Source of the DNA: Thermomicrobiales bacterium
Lineage (GTDB): Bacteria > Chloroflexota > Chloroflexia > Thermomicrobiales > UBA6265
Assembly (NCBI GenBank): GCA_049841275.1
Contig: JASGDN010000042.1
Coordinates: 11,520 to 75,519 of the forward strand
Direction of reading: 5' to 3'
DNA length: 64,000 nucleotides
Shown here one piece after another: positions 46,424-55,961 of the stretch. Position 1 is the first letter of the stretch; every line of letters begins with the position of its first letter. The notes below the pieces were generated by a model. It searched no databases, was not told the origin of the DNA, and worked only from the letters and a program-made list of their open reading frames with translations. The translations under genes and the position numbers were made by a program.

Positions 46424-47965
46424 TTGAGTGATGCATCCCGCACGAACATCGACAGCCGCGAGAGCGGAATCGCCGTCGAGGCGATCGCCGAATCCCTTCC
46501 GGTCGTCGATACGGAAAGTGGCGACCTCGACGAACGTCTCGCCAAACTCAGCAGCCTGATCGCCGATGGCGCCATCGATGCCACCGCCCGCGAGACGGAA
46601 CTCCCGGAAGAGGGCGAACTCGCCAACATCGAGGACGACGACGAATCGCTCGCAGACGATATGCTCAACGGCATCTCGTCCGCCGCAATCGCCGAAAGCG
46701 ACCTCGCTGACGTCAACCTGGACGACCCGGTACGCATGTACCTGCGCGAGATCGGGCGCGTGCCATTGCTCTCCGCTGCCCGCGAGGTCGAGCTCTCGAA
46801 GGCAATGGAAGCTGGAGAATACCTGAACGCCCTGGAGGCCCGGCTCACCACCGGCGCGGTCGAACCCGCCGCCAGCGAGATCGGCCTTGCCATCTATCAC
46901 GCCTTCCGCGCCGGATGGCCGATTGCCGACACCTTCTGGAACGCCGTTGCCCCGGATGCGGAGCCGCGAACGCGGCCGCAGATACTCGCGGCGGTATTGC
47001 CGATCACGCGGTATCCGGAAAAGACGATCAAGCAGGCCGCAGAATCGCTCGATCTGGAACCGAATCAACTGGAGGAGGAACTTCGCCTTCGAACGGTGGA
47101 ATGGGACCTGCTGCCAAGCCAGATCCAGGCGATGGCCGAGGCAAACGACGGGTGGCCCGCCGAGGAGACGGTTCGGGCATGGTTCGCCGCACGGGAAGCC
47201 CGGAACCGCCGCCGCTGGCGTGACCTCCAACTGGCAGGACGCCGCGCGAAAGTCTCGCTCACGGAAGCGAATCTCCGGCTTGTCGTCTCGGTTGCCAAGA
47301 AGTACGTCGGACGCGGCATGGGCATGCTCGACCTGATCCAGGAGGGCAACCTCGGCCTCATCCGCGCAGTCGAGAAGTTCCAGTATCACAAGGGCTTCAA
47401 GTTCAGCACCTACGCGACGTGGTGGATCCGGCAGGCGATCACGCGCGCCATCGCCGACCAGGCGCGGACGATCCGCATCCCGGTCCACATGGTAGAGACG
47501 ATCAACCGCCTCATCCGCACAAGCCGCCAGATGCAGCAGGAACTCGGCCGGGAGCCATCGACCGAAGAACTGGCTGTCGTGATGGAGATGACGCCGGAGC
47601 GCGTGCGCGAGGTCCTGAAGATCAGCCAGGACCCGGTGAGCCTGGAGACGCCGATCGGCGAGGAGGAGGACAGCAGCCTCGGCGACTTCATCGAGGACTC
47701 CAAGATGCCGGCCCCGGCCGACGCGGCGAGCCGCCAGCTTCTGCGCGAGCAGGTGGAAGAGGTCCTGAAGACCCTCTCCGACCGCGAGAAGGATGTCCTC
47801 TACATGCGCTACGGCCTGGATGACGGCCGCACGCGCACGTTGGAGGAAGTGGGCAAGCACTTCGGCGTCACCCGCGAACGCATCCGCCAGATCGAGGCGA
47901 AGGCATTGCGGAAACTGCGCCATCCGAGCCGCGCGAAGATGTTGCGGGACTACCTCGAAGAATAG
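46424..47965 (+). CDS. rpoD: RNA polymerase primary sigma factor
   Basis: Acidic region 1, then [16 protein letters not shown], region 2 ([13 protein letters not shown]), region 3 and region 4.2 ([20 protein letters not shown]). No in-frame ATG precedes region 1. I chose the TTG at 46424 (GAAGGGG 8 nt upstream). The start is uncertain. A TTGCAT-17nt-TATCGT promoter-like site lies at 46088-46116. Confidence 0.9.
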   Translation: MSDASRTNIDSRESGIAVEAIAESLPVVDTESGDLDERLAKLSSLIADGAIDATARETELPEEGELANIEDDDESLADDMLNGISSAAIAESDLADVNLDDPVRMYLREIGRVPLLSAAREVELSKAMEAGEYLNALEARLTTGAVEPAASEIGLAIYHAFRAGWPIADTFWNAVAPDAEPRTRPQILAAVLPITRYPEKTIKQAAESLDLEPNQLEEELRLRTVEWDLLPSQIQAMAEANDGWPAEETVRAWFAAREARNRRRWRDLQLAGRRAKVSLTEANLRLVVSVAKKYVGRGMGMLDLIQEGNLGLIRAVEKFQYHKGFKFSTYATWWIRQAITRAIADQARTIRIPVHMVETINRLIRTSRQMQQELGREPSTEELAVVMEMTPERVREVLKISQDPVSLETPIGEEEDSSLGDFIEDSKMPAPADAASRQLLREQVEEVLKTLSDREKDVLYMRYGLDDGRTRTLEEVGKHFGVTRERIRQIEAKALRKLRHPSRAKMLRDYLEE

Positions 47966-47981
47966 ACCGGCATCCGCCAGC

Positions 47982-48007
47982 GGCCTCGCTTCCGTGGAAG
48001 CGGGGCC
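47982..48007 (+). terminator. terminator-like hairpin after rpoD
   Basis: GGCCTCGCTTCC / GGAAGCGGGGCC (12-bp stem with one G-U pair) starts 17 nt after the TAG and is followed by GTTCTGGT. Confidence 0.45.
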
Positions 48008-48170
48008 GTTCTGGTATCATCCCCACGCGCATCGCGATTCCGATCCGTCGTCCGCGCCCCGTCGAGGGTGGCGACCGGATCGCGCAGATCGCTTCCCGAG
48101 CGCGTTCATCCCCTCGACATCCTGCCCACACCTTTTCCTCGAATCGAATGCTCGTTCCGGAGATTTCCCG

Positions 48171-49727
48171 ATGTTGGTCGATGAAGCGAAGATCTTTGTA
48201 AAGGCCGGAAACGGCGGTAATGGGTCGGCCTCGTTCCGGCGCGAGAAGTACGCGCCGATGGGCGGTCCGGATGGCGGCGACGGCGGCAAGGGCGGCGATG
48301 TGGTCCTGCGCGTCGTCAACAACCTCACCAGCCTGTTGCCCTTCCAGTATGTGAACCACTACGAAGCCGACAACGGCAATCCGGGAACCAGCCGCCGCAG
48401 CTACGGCAAGTCCGGTCAGGACAAGATCGTGAAGGTTCCGAAGGGCACCGTGATCTTCCTGGACGAGACCGGCGAGCAGATCGCCGACCTGCTGGAGGCG
48501 GGCGAGGAGTTCGTCGTCGCGCGCGGTGGCAAGGGCGGTCTCGGAAACGTTCACTTCAAGTCGTCGACGCGCCAGGCGCCGCGCATCGCCGAACTGGGCG
48601 AGCCGGGCGAGCAGCGCTGGCTGCGGCTCGAACTGCGCCTGATCGCCGATGTCGGCCTCGTCGGACTGCCAAACGCGGGCAAGTCGACCCTGCTCTCGTC
48701 CTCCACGCGGGCAAAGCCGAAGATCGCGGACTATCCGTTCACGACGCTCGCCCCAAACCTCGGCGTCGTGGAAGTCGGCGGCAAGGGCGGTCAGGCTTTC
48801 GTGATGGCGGACATTCCTGGCTTGATCGAAGGTGCCGCGGAAGGAGCGGGGCTTGGGCACGAGTTCCTGCGCCACGTCCGCCGGACAAAAGTGCTGATCC
48901 ACGTCCTCGATGCGTCCGGCGGCCTGGAAGGACGCGATCCGCTGGAAGACTTCCGCACGATCAACGACGAACTCTTCAGCTTCGATCCCGCCATGCGCGA
49001 GAAGCCGATGGTCGTGGCGCTGAACAAGACCGACCTGCTGGAGGCGCGCGAGAACCTGCCACGGCTGCACGACGTGCTGCATGGCGAGGGATTCCGGACC
49101 TTCGATATCTCGGCGGCCACCGGCGACGGATTGGGCGACATCTTCAATGCCGTCGCGGCAACCCTTCACGAGATCCAGCTTGCCGAGGCAGAGGAGCGCA
49201 AGCGCGAGGCGGAGCGCCCGAAGCGCCGCGTCTACACGATCGGCAACATCGACGAGCGTGCGTGGGAAATCGAGCGGACCTCGGCCCATCACTGGGTGGT
49301 GACGGGTGTCGGTATCGAGCGTTTCGCAAGGATGACGAACTTCGACCAGTGGGAAAGCGCAAACCGCTTCCAGCGCGTCCTCGAACGTGCCGGAATCTTC
49401 CGGGAACTCGCGCGCCAGGGCATCCAGGACGGCGACACGGTTCACATCGCCGATTTCGAGATGGAGTGGGGTGACCGTGAAGGCGAGAAGACCCTTCCGC
49501 AGGACAACCGCCGTCCATCCGCGATCGCCCGCAGCCATGGCAAGCAGCAGGCCGGGGACGAGGCGGAGGAGATCGACCTCGACTACGAACCGGAACTGGA
49601 AGACGAGGACGGAGCGGCCGCGATTGCCTTCAACCTGAGCAACCTCGACAACGATGATGCCGACTTCGAGACGGGCGACGATGATCTGCTCGTGGTCCTG
49701 GGCGAGGATGACGAAGACGGGCGATAG
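48171..49727 (+). CDS. obg: GTPase Obg/CgtA with OCT domain and long acidic tail
   Basis: MLVDEAKIFVKAGNGGNGSASFRREKY... Obg fold, G1 GLPNAGKST, G3 DIPG, G4 NKTD, and a C-terminal OCT-like domain (VVTGVGIERFARMTNFDQWES...). 518 aa from the ATG at 48171. Confidence 0.95.
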   Translation: MLVDEAKIFVKAGNGGNGSASFRREKYAPMGGPDGGDGGKGGDVVLRVVNNLTSLLPFQYVNHYEADNGNPGTSRRSYGKSGQDKIVKVPKGTVIFLDETGEQIADLLEAGEEFVVARGGKGGLGNVHFKSSTRQAPRIAELGEPGEQRWLRLELRLIADVGLVGLPNAGKSTLLSSSTRAKPKIADYPFTTLAPNLGVVEVGGKGGQAFVMADIPGLIEGAAEGAGLGHEFLRHVRRTKVLIHVLDASGGLEGRDPLEDFRTINDELFSFDPAMREKPMVVALNKTDLLEARENLPRLHDVLHGEGFRTFDISAATGDGLGDIFNAVAATLHEIQLAEAEERKREAERPKRRVYTIGNIDERAWEIERTSAHHWVVTGVGIERFARMTNFDQWESANRFQRVLERAGIFRELARQGIQDGDTVHIADFEMEWGDREGEKTLPQDNRRPSAIARSHGKQQAGDEAEEIDLDYEPELEDEDGAAAIAFNLSNLDNDDADFETGDDDLLVVLGEDDEDGR

Positions 49728-49895
49728 GTTCCCTATCCTGCCCGCCTCGAACATCCTTCTCCGTAACGCCACACCCGGAACGCTGGCCAGCGTTCCGGGT
49801 GTTCCGCCGAATGCCAGGACGACAACGAGGCAGATCCCTGCAGCAGACTACCGCCGAATCCGGAAAGGGATGTCAACCCAGATAGGTCATTCCGT

Positions 49896-49985
49896 GTAGG
49901 GGCGATCCTCGCAGTGGTTGCTACGGTCAATGATCGCCCGGCGCGTTTCGCGAAAACCTCGGGCGATCACCAGGATCGTCCCTAC
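49896..49985. repeat. palindromic intergenic element family A, copy 2
   Basis: GTAG-GGGCGATC-(24-nt loop)-GATCGCCC-G (49896-49940), a 19-nt spacer, then C-GGGCGATC-ACCAG-GATCGTCC-CTAC (49960-49985). It has the same architecture and spacer length as 41263-41333. Confidence 0.7.
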
Positions 49986-50008
49986 GGGCAATGGCTACTC
50001 TTTCGAAC

Positions 50009-50716
50009 TCAGCTGTAGACGCCGCGATACTGCTCCGGGAGCATTGCGGCGATTCGGCGCATCATCAGCTCCGTCGCCTGATCGGAGGTGACACGCTTGC
50101 CGTCGATCTGTGCCGGGATCGTGAAGGGCTCGCCGAAGACGATCTGCGCCCCACGAAAACCTCGCCACGACGCTCCCAGCGCCTTGCTCCCGAGCACGGG
50201 CAGCTTCTCGGTCCCGATCACCGCGACCGGCACAATGGGCACGTTCCCGCGCAACGCGATCAACCCGGCACCGGGAAGCGCCTGCTTCAGGGCTCCGGAC
50301 TTGCTGCGCGTCCCCTCCGGGAACATCCCCAGCGCGATCCCCTGTTCGACCGTCGCCAGCGCACGCCTGATCGCCCAACGATCCGCATTTCCGCGATCGA
50401 CCGGAAACTCGCCGAACTTCAGCATCGCCCAGCCCAGGACGGGGACCTTGAAAAGCTCTTTCTTCGCCATGAAATGCGCCGGACGCGGACAGGCAATCGA
50501 CACGAACAAGGGATCGGCATTGCAGAGGTGATTGCTTACCACCAGCACGCCGCCGTTCTTCGGGACGTTCTCCGTCCCCTCGACGCGCAGGCCGATCAAC
50601 AGGCGAGAAAGCAGCAGGAGCAGGCCGCGTACGACACGAAACCCATGTCCCTGTATCGTTCCGGCCCGGAGATCGGAGAAGTCGGCACTCCTGCTCGCCG
50701 CCTCCGCGCCGCTCAC
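50009..50716 (-). CDS. plsC: 1-acyl-sn-glycerol-3-phosphate acyltransferase
   Basis: HX4D motif (SNHLCNADP) and the FPEGTRS motif. The GTG at 50716 overlaps the cmk stop (GTGA). The ORF-track start at 50740 is an alternative. Confidence 0.85.
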   Translation of the reverse strand: MSGAEAASRSADFSDLRAGTIQGHGFRVVRGLLLLLSRLLIGLRVEGTENVPKNGGVLVVSNHLCNADPLFVSIACPRPAHFMAKKELFKVPVLGWAMLKFGEFPVDRGNADRWAIRRALATVEQGIALGMFPEGTRSKSGALKQALPGAGLIALRGNVPIVPVAVIGTEKLPVLGSKALGASWRGFRGAQIVFGEPFTIPAQIDGKRVTSDQATELMMRRIAAMLPEQYRGVYS

Positions 50717-51426
50717 GACGTTACCCCGTAGGCGGCCCATCGCGCCTCGACCAGCCGCTGCAACTCGTTCACGATCTCCTCGACCGTCCTGCCGTCCGTG
50801 AGGATATGCACGGCATCGTCTGCGGCCCGCAGCGGGGCGACATCACGGCCGGAGTCGTACGCATCGCGACGGCGCAGGTCTTCCAGCACCTCATCGTAGG
50901 TCATGCTGGAGTCATGCCCCGCACGTTCCGCCCAACGACGACGCGCCCGTTCCTCCGGGCTGGCATCCAGATAGATCTTGAGGCCGGCGTTCGGGGTCAC
51001 GACCGTACCGATGTCCCGTCCGACCATCACCACGGGAACGCCATCGGCAATCCGGCGCTGCACGTCGAGCAGGGCCGCCCGGACCTGCGGATACGCCGAC
51101 ACCTGCGAGACATCGGCATCGACCTCCGGCGTGCGAATGGCCCAGGTGACATCCTCGCCATCCACGAGGACGTCGATCAGCCGGCCGTCGTCGATGGATG
51201 GACGCGCAAGCTGAATGTCGAGCGCCGCCGCTAGGTCTCCCAACGCATCGCCATCGTCGAGCGAGACGCGGCGGCGTTGGGCGGCCAGCGTCACGGCGCG
51301 ATAGAGCGATCCCGTATCGAACAGGAGCGAACCAGTGGCCTCGGCAAGCAAGCGGGCGACGGTCGTCTTACCGGCCGCTCCCGGACCGTCGATCGCGATG
51401 ACCCTGCGATGGTCGTGAGCCGTCAT
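50713..51426 (-). CDS. cmk: (d)CMP kinase
   Basis: The ATG at 51426 gives MTAHDHRRVIAIDGPGAAGKTTVARLLA (P-loop). 237 aa. The ORF-track extension to 51888 is antisense-free read-through of the rluB tail and is rejected. Confidence 0.9.
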   Translation of the reverse strand: MTAHDHRRVIAIDGPGAAGKTTVARLLAEATGSLLFDTGSLYRAVTLAAQRRRVSLDDGDALGDLAAALDIQLARPSIDDGRLIDVLVDGEDVTWAIRTPEVDADVSQVSAYPQVRAALLDVQRRIADGVPVVMVGRDIGTVVTPNAGLKIYLDASPEERARRRWAERAGHDSSMTYDEVLEDLRRRDAYDSGRDVAPLRAADDAVHILTDGRTVEEIVNELQRLVEARWAAYGVTS

Positions 51427-52588
51427 TCGGTTGTGTGCTCCGTTGTGGTGGGCGAGCGTTGCCGCCGCTACGGGACGGGCGGTCGCGTCGGTCGGGATCT
51501 CGATCATCGCGCTTCGGCCGGCGGATACGCTCCCCCTGCCCGGCACGCTTCCAGGCGTCCTTTTCCGGCTTCGCGGGCAGAGGCCGCTGCGTGCGCTCGG
51601 ACGAACCGGACGGCGTAGGATTGTCGTCCTCGGCCGTCCGCGACGGTGGGCGGCGTCCACGTTCGCGACGCGGGACGTGCGCGTATGCCGCGAGGTGCTC
51701 CTGTTCGGGTTCGCCAGCCTTCTGCGCCGCCTTTCCGCCATGACGGAAGTCGATTGGCGGGCCGACGTGGATCGTCCGCCCCTGATTCGCCCGGTCGGCA
51801 TCCTCTGCGGGCAGTCCGACTGCATCGTACAACTGGAGGACCTCGCCGGTGGAAAGATCGCGCCAGTTGGCGAGCGGCAGGCCGGCAAGTGCGATCGGGC
51901 CGAGCCGCATCCGGCGCAGACGCACGACCTTGATCCCGACCATCTCCATCATCCGCCGCACGACGTGGTAGATGCCCTCGTGGAGGACGATCTTGATAGT
52001 CGCCCCCTCGCCGGTCTCGCGCAGAAGACGGCACTCCTCCGGCACCACGAGCCGTCCGGAAACCATCAGGCCGTCCTTCACCTCTTGCAGTTGGGCGCCA
52101 GTGGGGCGTTCCCTTGCGAGGACGTGATACTCCTTCGCGAGGCCGTAGCGCGGGTGCATCACGCGATTGGCGAGGGCACCGTCGTTGGTGAAGAGCAGCA
52201 GGCCTTCCGTATCGCGGTCGAGCCTGCCAACGGGGTAGACGCGCTCCGGCACATCCACCAGGTGCATCACGGTCCAGCGTTGCCGCTCGTCGCTGACGGT
52301 GGTGATGAAGCCGCTCGGCTTGTTGAGGATGAGGATGCGCGTCTTCTGCGACCGCACGGACCTGTTATCGACCTCGATCCGGTCGCGGAGCGGATCGACT
52401 CGCGTACCAAGCTCGCGCACGACCGTGCCGTTCACCGAAACGCGGCCCTCGACGATCATCGTCTCGGCTGCACGGCGAGAGGCAACGCCCCGGCTGGCCA
52501 GCACGCGCTGCAGGCGCTCGCCGACCGGCTCATCGGAGGCGGTCAACTCGTCACGATCGTCGTCGAACGAAGCGGATTGCCTGGGCAC
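51368..52588 (-). CDS. rluB: 23S rRNA pseudouridine synthase (RsuA/RluB family) with long basic C-terminal tail
   Basis: S4 domain (ERLQRVLASRGVASRRAAETMIVEGRVSVNG) and a catalytic motif (YPVGRLDRDTEGLLLFTNDG). The last ~130 aa are Arg/Pro/Asp-rich. Confidence 0.9.
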   Translation of the reverse strand: MPRQSASFDDDRDELTASDEPVGERLQRVLASRGVASRRAAETMIVEGRVSVNGTVVRELGTRVDPLRDRIEVDNRSVRSQKTRILILNKPSGFITTVSDERQRWTVMHLVDVPERVYPVGRLDRDTEGLLLFTNDGALANRVMHPRYGLAKEYHVLARERPTGAQLQEVKDGLMVSGRLVVPEECRLLRETGEGATIKIVLHEGIYHVVRRMMEMVGIKVVRLRRMRLGPIALAGLPLANWRDLSTGEVLQLYDAVGLPAEDADRANQGRTIHVGPPIDFRHGGKAAQKAGEPEQEHLAAYAHVPRRERGRRPPSRTAEDDNPTPSGSSERTQRPLPAKPEKDAWKRAGQGERIRRPKRDDRDPDRRDRPSRSGGNARPPQRSTQPNDGSRPSQGHRDRRSGSGR

Positions 52589-52591
52589 GGA

Positions 52592-53839
52592 TCAGCCTCC
52601 CTCGCCGGCAGTGCCGGCCGCATAGGCGGGGATGGTCGCGATCTCGGCATCGCCGCTGTAGATCACGACCTCGCCCTGTTGGTCACCACCAGGTGGAGGC
52701 ACGACGAGTTGGAAGGTGGAGTCCTTGGCAAGCGGCAGGACCGGCGGGTCGTGCAGTTCCAGCTCCCAGACAGAGAGCTGTTCCTGCAGGCCGGGAAAGG
52801 TGCTTCCGGAAGCATCGATCTGCGTCCAGGTAAAGCGTGTATCCATGTCCTTGAAGATCGAGACGGCATCGTCGTACCGCTTGTCCTCAACGATGGTGCC
52901 CGTGTCATTGTACTGGAGCGTCGAGCCAAGGATCACGAGAATGACGGTACTCTGGCCGTCGTTCGCCTTGCGCGCCAATACGACACTTGCCCCGGCACCT
53001 TCGGTCGAGCCGGTCTTGATGCCGATCACATTCGGATCATAGTAGGGATCATCGGGTTGGATCATGGAGTTCGTGTTCGTCAGGGCGTACGGGTCGCCAT
53101 TCTGCGAGGCGATCTGGCCGGATGGCTGGGAGACGATCCACGCGAGATCGGCATTCTTCATGAGTTCGGCGCCCATGATGGCGAGATCGTGCGCGCTGGA
53201 GAAGGCTCCCTGATCGTCATCGCCGGCGACATTCGTGAAGTAGGACTCTGTCAGCCCGAGCCCCTTCGCATAAGCGTTCATCTCGTCGATGAATGCCGTC
53301 ATTGATGTGTTCAGATCGGTGGAATTGGCGAGTTTGCCACCTACGTAGCGAGCAAGGGCGTTCGCCGCGTCCCCACCGGACGGCAACATGAGCCCATTCA
53401 GCAGATCGGCAACCGTCAGGACATCGCCGGCACGCAAGCCGACATGGGTGTATTGGGAATCGGGAGGCAGCAGATCGTCTTCCGCGATCGTGACTTGCTC
53501 GGAGAGCGCAGCATGATCGACGGTGACGAGCGCCGTCACCATCTTGGTGATGCTGGCGATCGGGCGCTGGTCGTCGGCATTCTTGGAATAGAGGACCGCC
53601 TTGGAATTCATGTCGATCGCGTAGACCGCCTGGGCAGACACCTCTGGCGGTGCGATGCCCATCGCGCCACTGGCGTTTCCGGCCTGCGTATCAGGCGCGG
53701 CAGACACCGCTCCGAAGCTCGTGCCGAGCATAAGCAGCATTGCAAGCAGGATCGCAGGCAACAGGGTGAATCGACGGGGGCGGTGCGATTCGGCGCGCGT
53801 CATCTTCGCCATCAGAACGGACATTCCCACACGAGCCAT
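52592..53839 (-). CDS. D-alanyl-D-alanine carboxypeptidase (peptidase S11, PBP5-like)
   Basis: Signal/TM N-terminus, then the SxxK active site in ASITKMVTALV, the SGGD region and KTGST (IGIKTGSTEGAG). Confidence 0.85.
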   Translation of the reverse strand: MARVGMSVLMAKMTRAESHRPRRFTLLPAILLAMLLMLGTSFGAVSAAPDTQAGNASGAMGIAPPEVSAQAVYAIDMNSKAVLYSKNADDQRPIASITKMVTALVTVDHAALSEQVTIAEDDLLPPDSQYTHVGLRAGDVLTVADLLNGLMLPSGGDAANALARYVGGKLANSTDLNTSMTAFIDEMNAYAKGLGLTESYFTNVAGDDDQGAFSSAHDLAIMGAELMKNADLAWIVSQPSGQIASQNGDPYALTNTNSMIQPDDPYYDPNVIGIKTGSTEGAGASVVLARKANDGQSTVILVILGSTLQYNDTGTIVEDKRYDDAVSIFKDMDTRFTWTQIDASGSTFPGLQEQLSVWELELHDPPVLPLAKDSTFQLVVPPPGGDQQGEVVIYSGDAEIATIPAYAAGTAGEGG

Positions 53840-54009
53840 CCAGGGGTAGGCAGGAACGGGGTCAGACCCACGTCATCCTGCAGGCAAGATTGCGGCACAC
53901 AACAATTCCTCCTCGTCGTGGCCGGGCAAACCGAGATTCAGTATAGGGGAGGGGCGTAGGCCGGGCCACCGACATCGCCGGGATTCCCCGGTTCGGTGCT
54001 GCGGTAAAC

Positions 54010-54921
54010 TTGCTTCTTCACGGGGTCCGCGTCCGCGCCGCGATCCACGTGCCAACCAAAGGAGCAACATCCGCACCGGTGACGAATCCACCTTCGCCTG
54101 AACCAGTTCCATTCGATCACCGCAGTGATCCGCATGACGATACCCCGATCCGCGTAGCCGCTATCGGCGATCTTCACCTGCACGACGCGGTGCCGGAGGA
54201 TCTGGCGGCAGCGCTCCTCGCCGTGAACGACCGTGCGGACCTGCTGGTGATTGCTGGAGACATCACCGACAACGGGCGGATCCCGGAAGGCGAACTCGCC
54301 CGCGATTTGTTCGGCGGTATCGCGATCCCGAAGATCGCCGTCCTGGGCAATCACGACCGGCGTGGCGCCCGGCGGATCGCTCTCCGCCGCACCCTCGAAG
54401 CGGCAGGGATCGAATTGCTGGATGGCGACGCAACGGTGATCGAGCTGCCGAACGGGCGGCGCGTCGGCATTGCGGGCGTGGGCGGCTATGGAGGCGGCTT
54501 CTGGCCGGAAGAGACACCGGACGTGCCTGGTGCCCGGATCAGCAAGGCCGTCGGTGTTCGTGCCCGCAGGGAGTCCATACGCCTCCGGCACGCGCTGGAC
54601 GCCATCGACCGCAAGGACGTGGATATTCGCCTGGTCGTGATGCACTACGCTCCGACCACATCGACGCTGGGCGAGGAGCCAATCATCAAGTACTGGATGC
54701 TCGGGAATTCGTTGCTCGGCCGCGTCATCGACGAACATGCGGTAGACCTCGTCATCCACGGTCACGCGCACCTCGGGAACGAGGTAGGGCGCACGCCGGG
54801 CGGAACGCCGGTCCGCAATGTCGCGACCCAGGTGACCGGCGGCCCGGTCCTCTACGATGTCGCGGCTGGCAAGCGCATCGCATCCATCCCGCTCGCCACG
54901 ACCGGAGGGAGCGCCGTATGA
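54010..54921 (+). CDS. metallophosphoesterase
   Basis: Motifs IGDLHLHD, AGDITDNG, LGNHD, HYAP and HGHAH. The start is uncertain (TTG 54010 per the ORF track; GTG 54079 is the closest alternative). Confidence 0.8.
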   Translation: MLLHGVRVRAAIHVPTKGATSAPVTNPPSPEPVPFDHRSDPHDDTPIRVAAIGDLHLHDAVPEDLAAALLAVNDRADLLVIAGDITDNGRIPEGELARDLFGGIAIPKIAVLGNHDRRGARRIALRRTLEAAGIELLDGDATVIELPNGRRVGIAGVGGYGGGFWPEETPDVPGARISKAVGVRARRESIRLRHALDAIDRKDVDIRLVVMHYAPTTSTLGEEPIIKYWMLGNSLLGRVIDEHAVDLVIHGHAHLGNEVGRTPGGTPVRNVATQVTGGPVLYDVAAGKRIASIPLATTGGSAV

Positions 54922-55961
54922 CCGCGTTTGCCAACCGCGACCCGCGCCAGCCCCTCATCACACCAGCACCCACGCCGTACCGGCTCGATCTCACCGCGAA
55001 CCCGTTCGGGCCGTCCGATGCGGTAATCGACGCCATCGCGGACATCGATGCGACATCCTGGCTGCTCCCGGCGACGGACCAGGAGGCCATCCTGCGCGCG
55101 CGTCTCGGTGCGCTGGCGGGCGTGCCGTCGTCATGGGTGACATTGGCAAATGGGATCGATGAGTTGCACGCGACAATCGCCGCCTGGCGGGGCGCGGAGG
55201 GTCCGCTGCTGCTCTTTCCGCCAACCGATCCCGGTCTCGTGCGCTGGCTCCAGGGCCACGCCGATCAGGTGGAGATGATCCCGCGATCGGCCCGCTTCGC
55301 CCTCCCGGTCGAGCCGGACGGCAAGACCCTGCCGCGCGGCGCGACGGCAATCGTGATGTCGCCAAACGACCCAACCGGCACGATCCTGTCCAGCCATGAG
55401 GCGGTTCGCCTGAGCCGGCAGTGCGCCTATCTCGTGGTGGACGAACGTCACGGCGGCTATACGCCACGAAGCGCCGTTCCCCTCGCGCGCGAGTTCGAGA
55501 ACGTGATCGTCCTCCAGACCTTCGAGACGTGGGCAAGCCTGCCAGCACTGCCACTGGCCTGGGCGATCTCGCCGCCGCCCATCGCACGGGAGCTGGCCCG
55601 ATTCGGACGGCCATCCGGCATCGCGCGGCTGCCGGTGATCGCGGCCCTTGCCACACTGGACGACCGCGACGCCGTCCGCACGTCGGTGCGGCGGGTGATG
55701 TCCGAGAAAGGGCGGCTCTTCCGCCAGATGCGGAAGCTGAGCATGGTCAGCCCACCCCATCCATCCTGGGCGAATTTCCTGTTGCTGCGGATCGAACGTG
55801 GCACGAGCGACTTCTTCCTGCCACGCTTGCGGGCACGCGGGATCGAGGTCTTCCCGGTGGAGAACCCGGAGCTCCCGAATCATTTCCGAGTGAGTGCCAT
55901 CTCCGCCGATGCGACGAATGCGCTCAAGCAAGCGTTGATCGACATCGCGCTCGACTTATAG
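54918..55961 (+). CDS. class I/II aminotransferase-fold protein (HisC-like) lacking the PLP-binding lysine
   Basis: The ATG overlaps the upstream stop (ATGA at 54918-54921). NPFGPS, SPNDPTG and VVDERH align with the HisC motifs NPxGxP, NPNNPTG and DEAY. The expected TFSKxxGLAGLRxGY is QTFETWASLPALPLAW, so no Lys is present. Confidence 0.8.
   Translation: MTAFANRDPRQPLITPAPTPYRLDLTANPFGPSDAVIDAIADIDATSWLLPATDQEAILRARLGALAGVPSSWVTLANGIDELHATIAAWRGAEGPLLLFPPTDPGLVRWLQGHADQVEMIPRSARFALPVEPDGKTLPRGATAIVMSPNDPTGTILSSHEAVRLSRQCAYLVVDERHGGYTPRSAVPLAREFENVIVLQTFETWASLPALPLAWAISPPPIARELARFGRPSGIARLPVIAALATLDDRDAVRTSVRRVMSEKGRLFRQMRKLSMVSPPHPSWANFLLLRIERGTSDFFLPRLRARGIEVFPVENPELPNHFRVSAISADATNALKQALIDIALDL

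Noticed and set aside
46404-46424. tRNA T-arm-like GGTTCGAGCCCC on the minus strand
   Set aside because: No acceptor, D or anticodon arms can be built. The flanking sequence is the rpoD coding region and its RBS.
46202-49772. Two long minus-strand ORFs (46202-47923, 47868-49772)
   Set aside because: They are antisense to rpoD and obg, which are unambiguous, and the translations have no recognisable domains.
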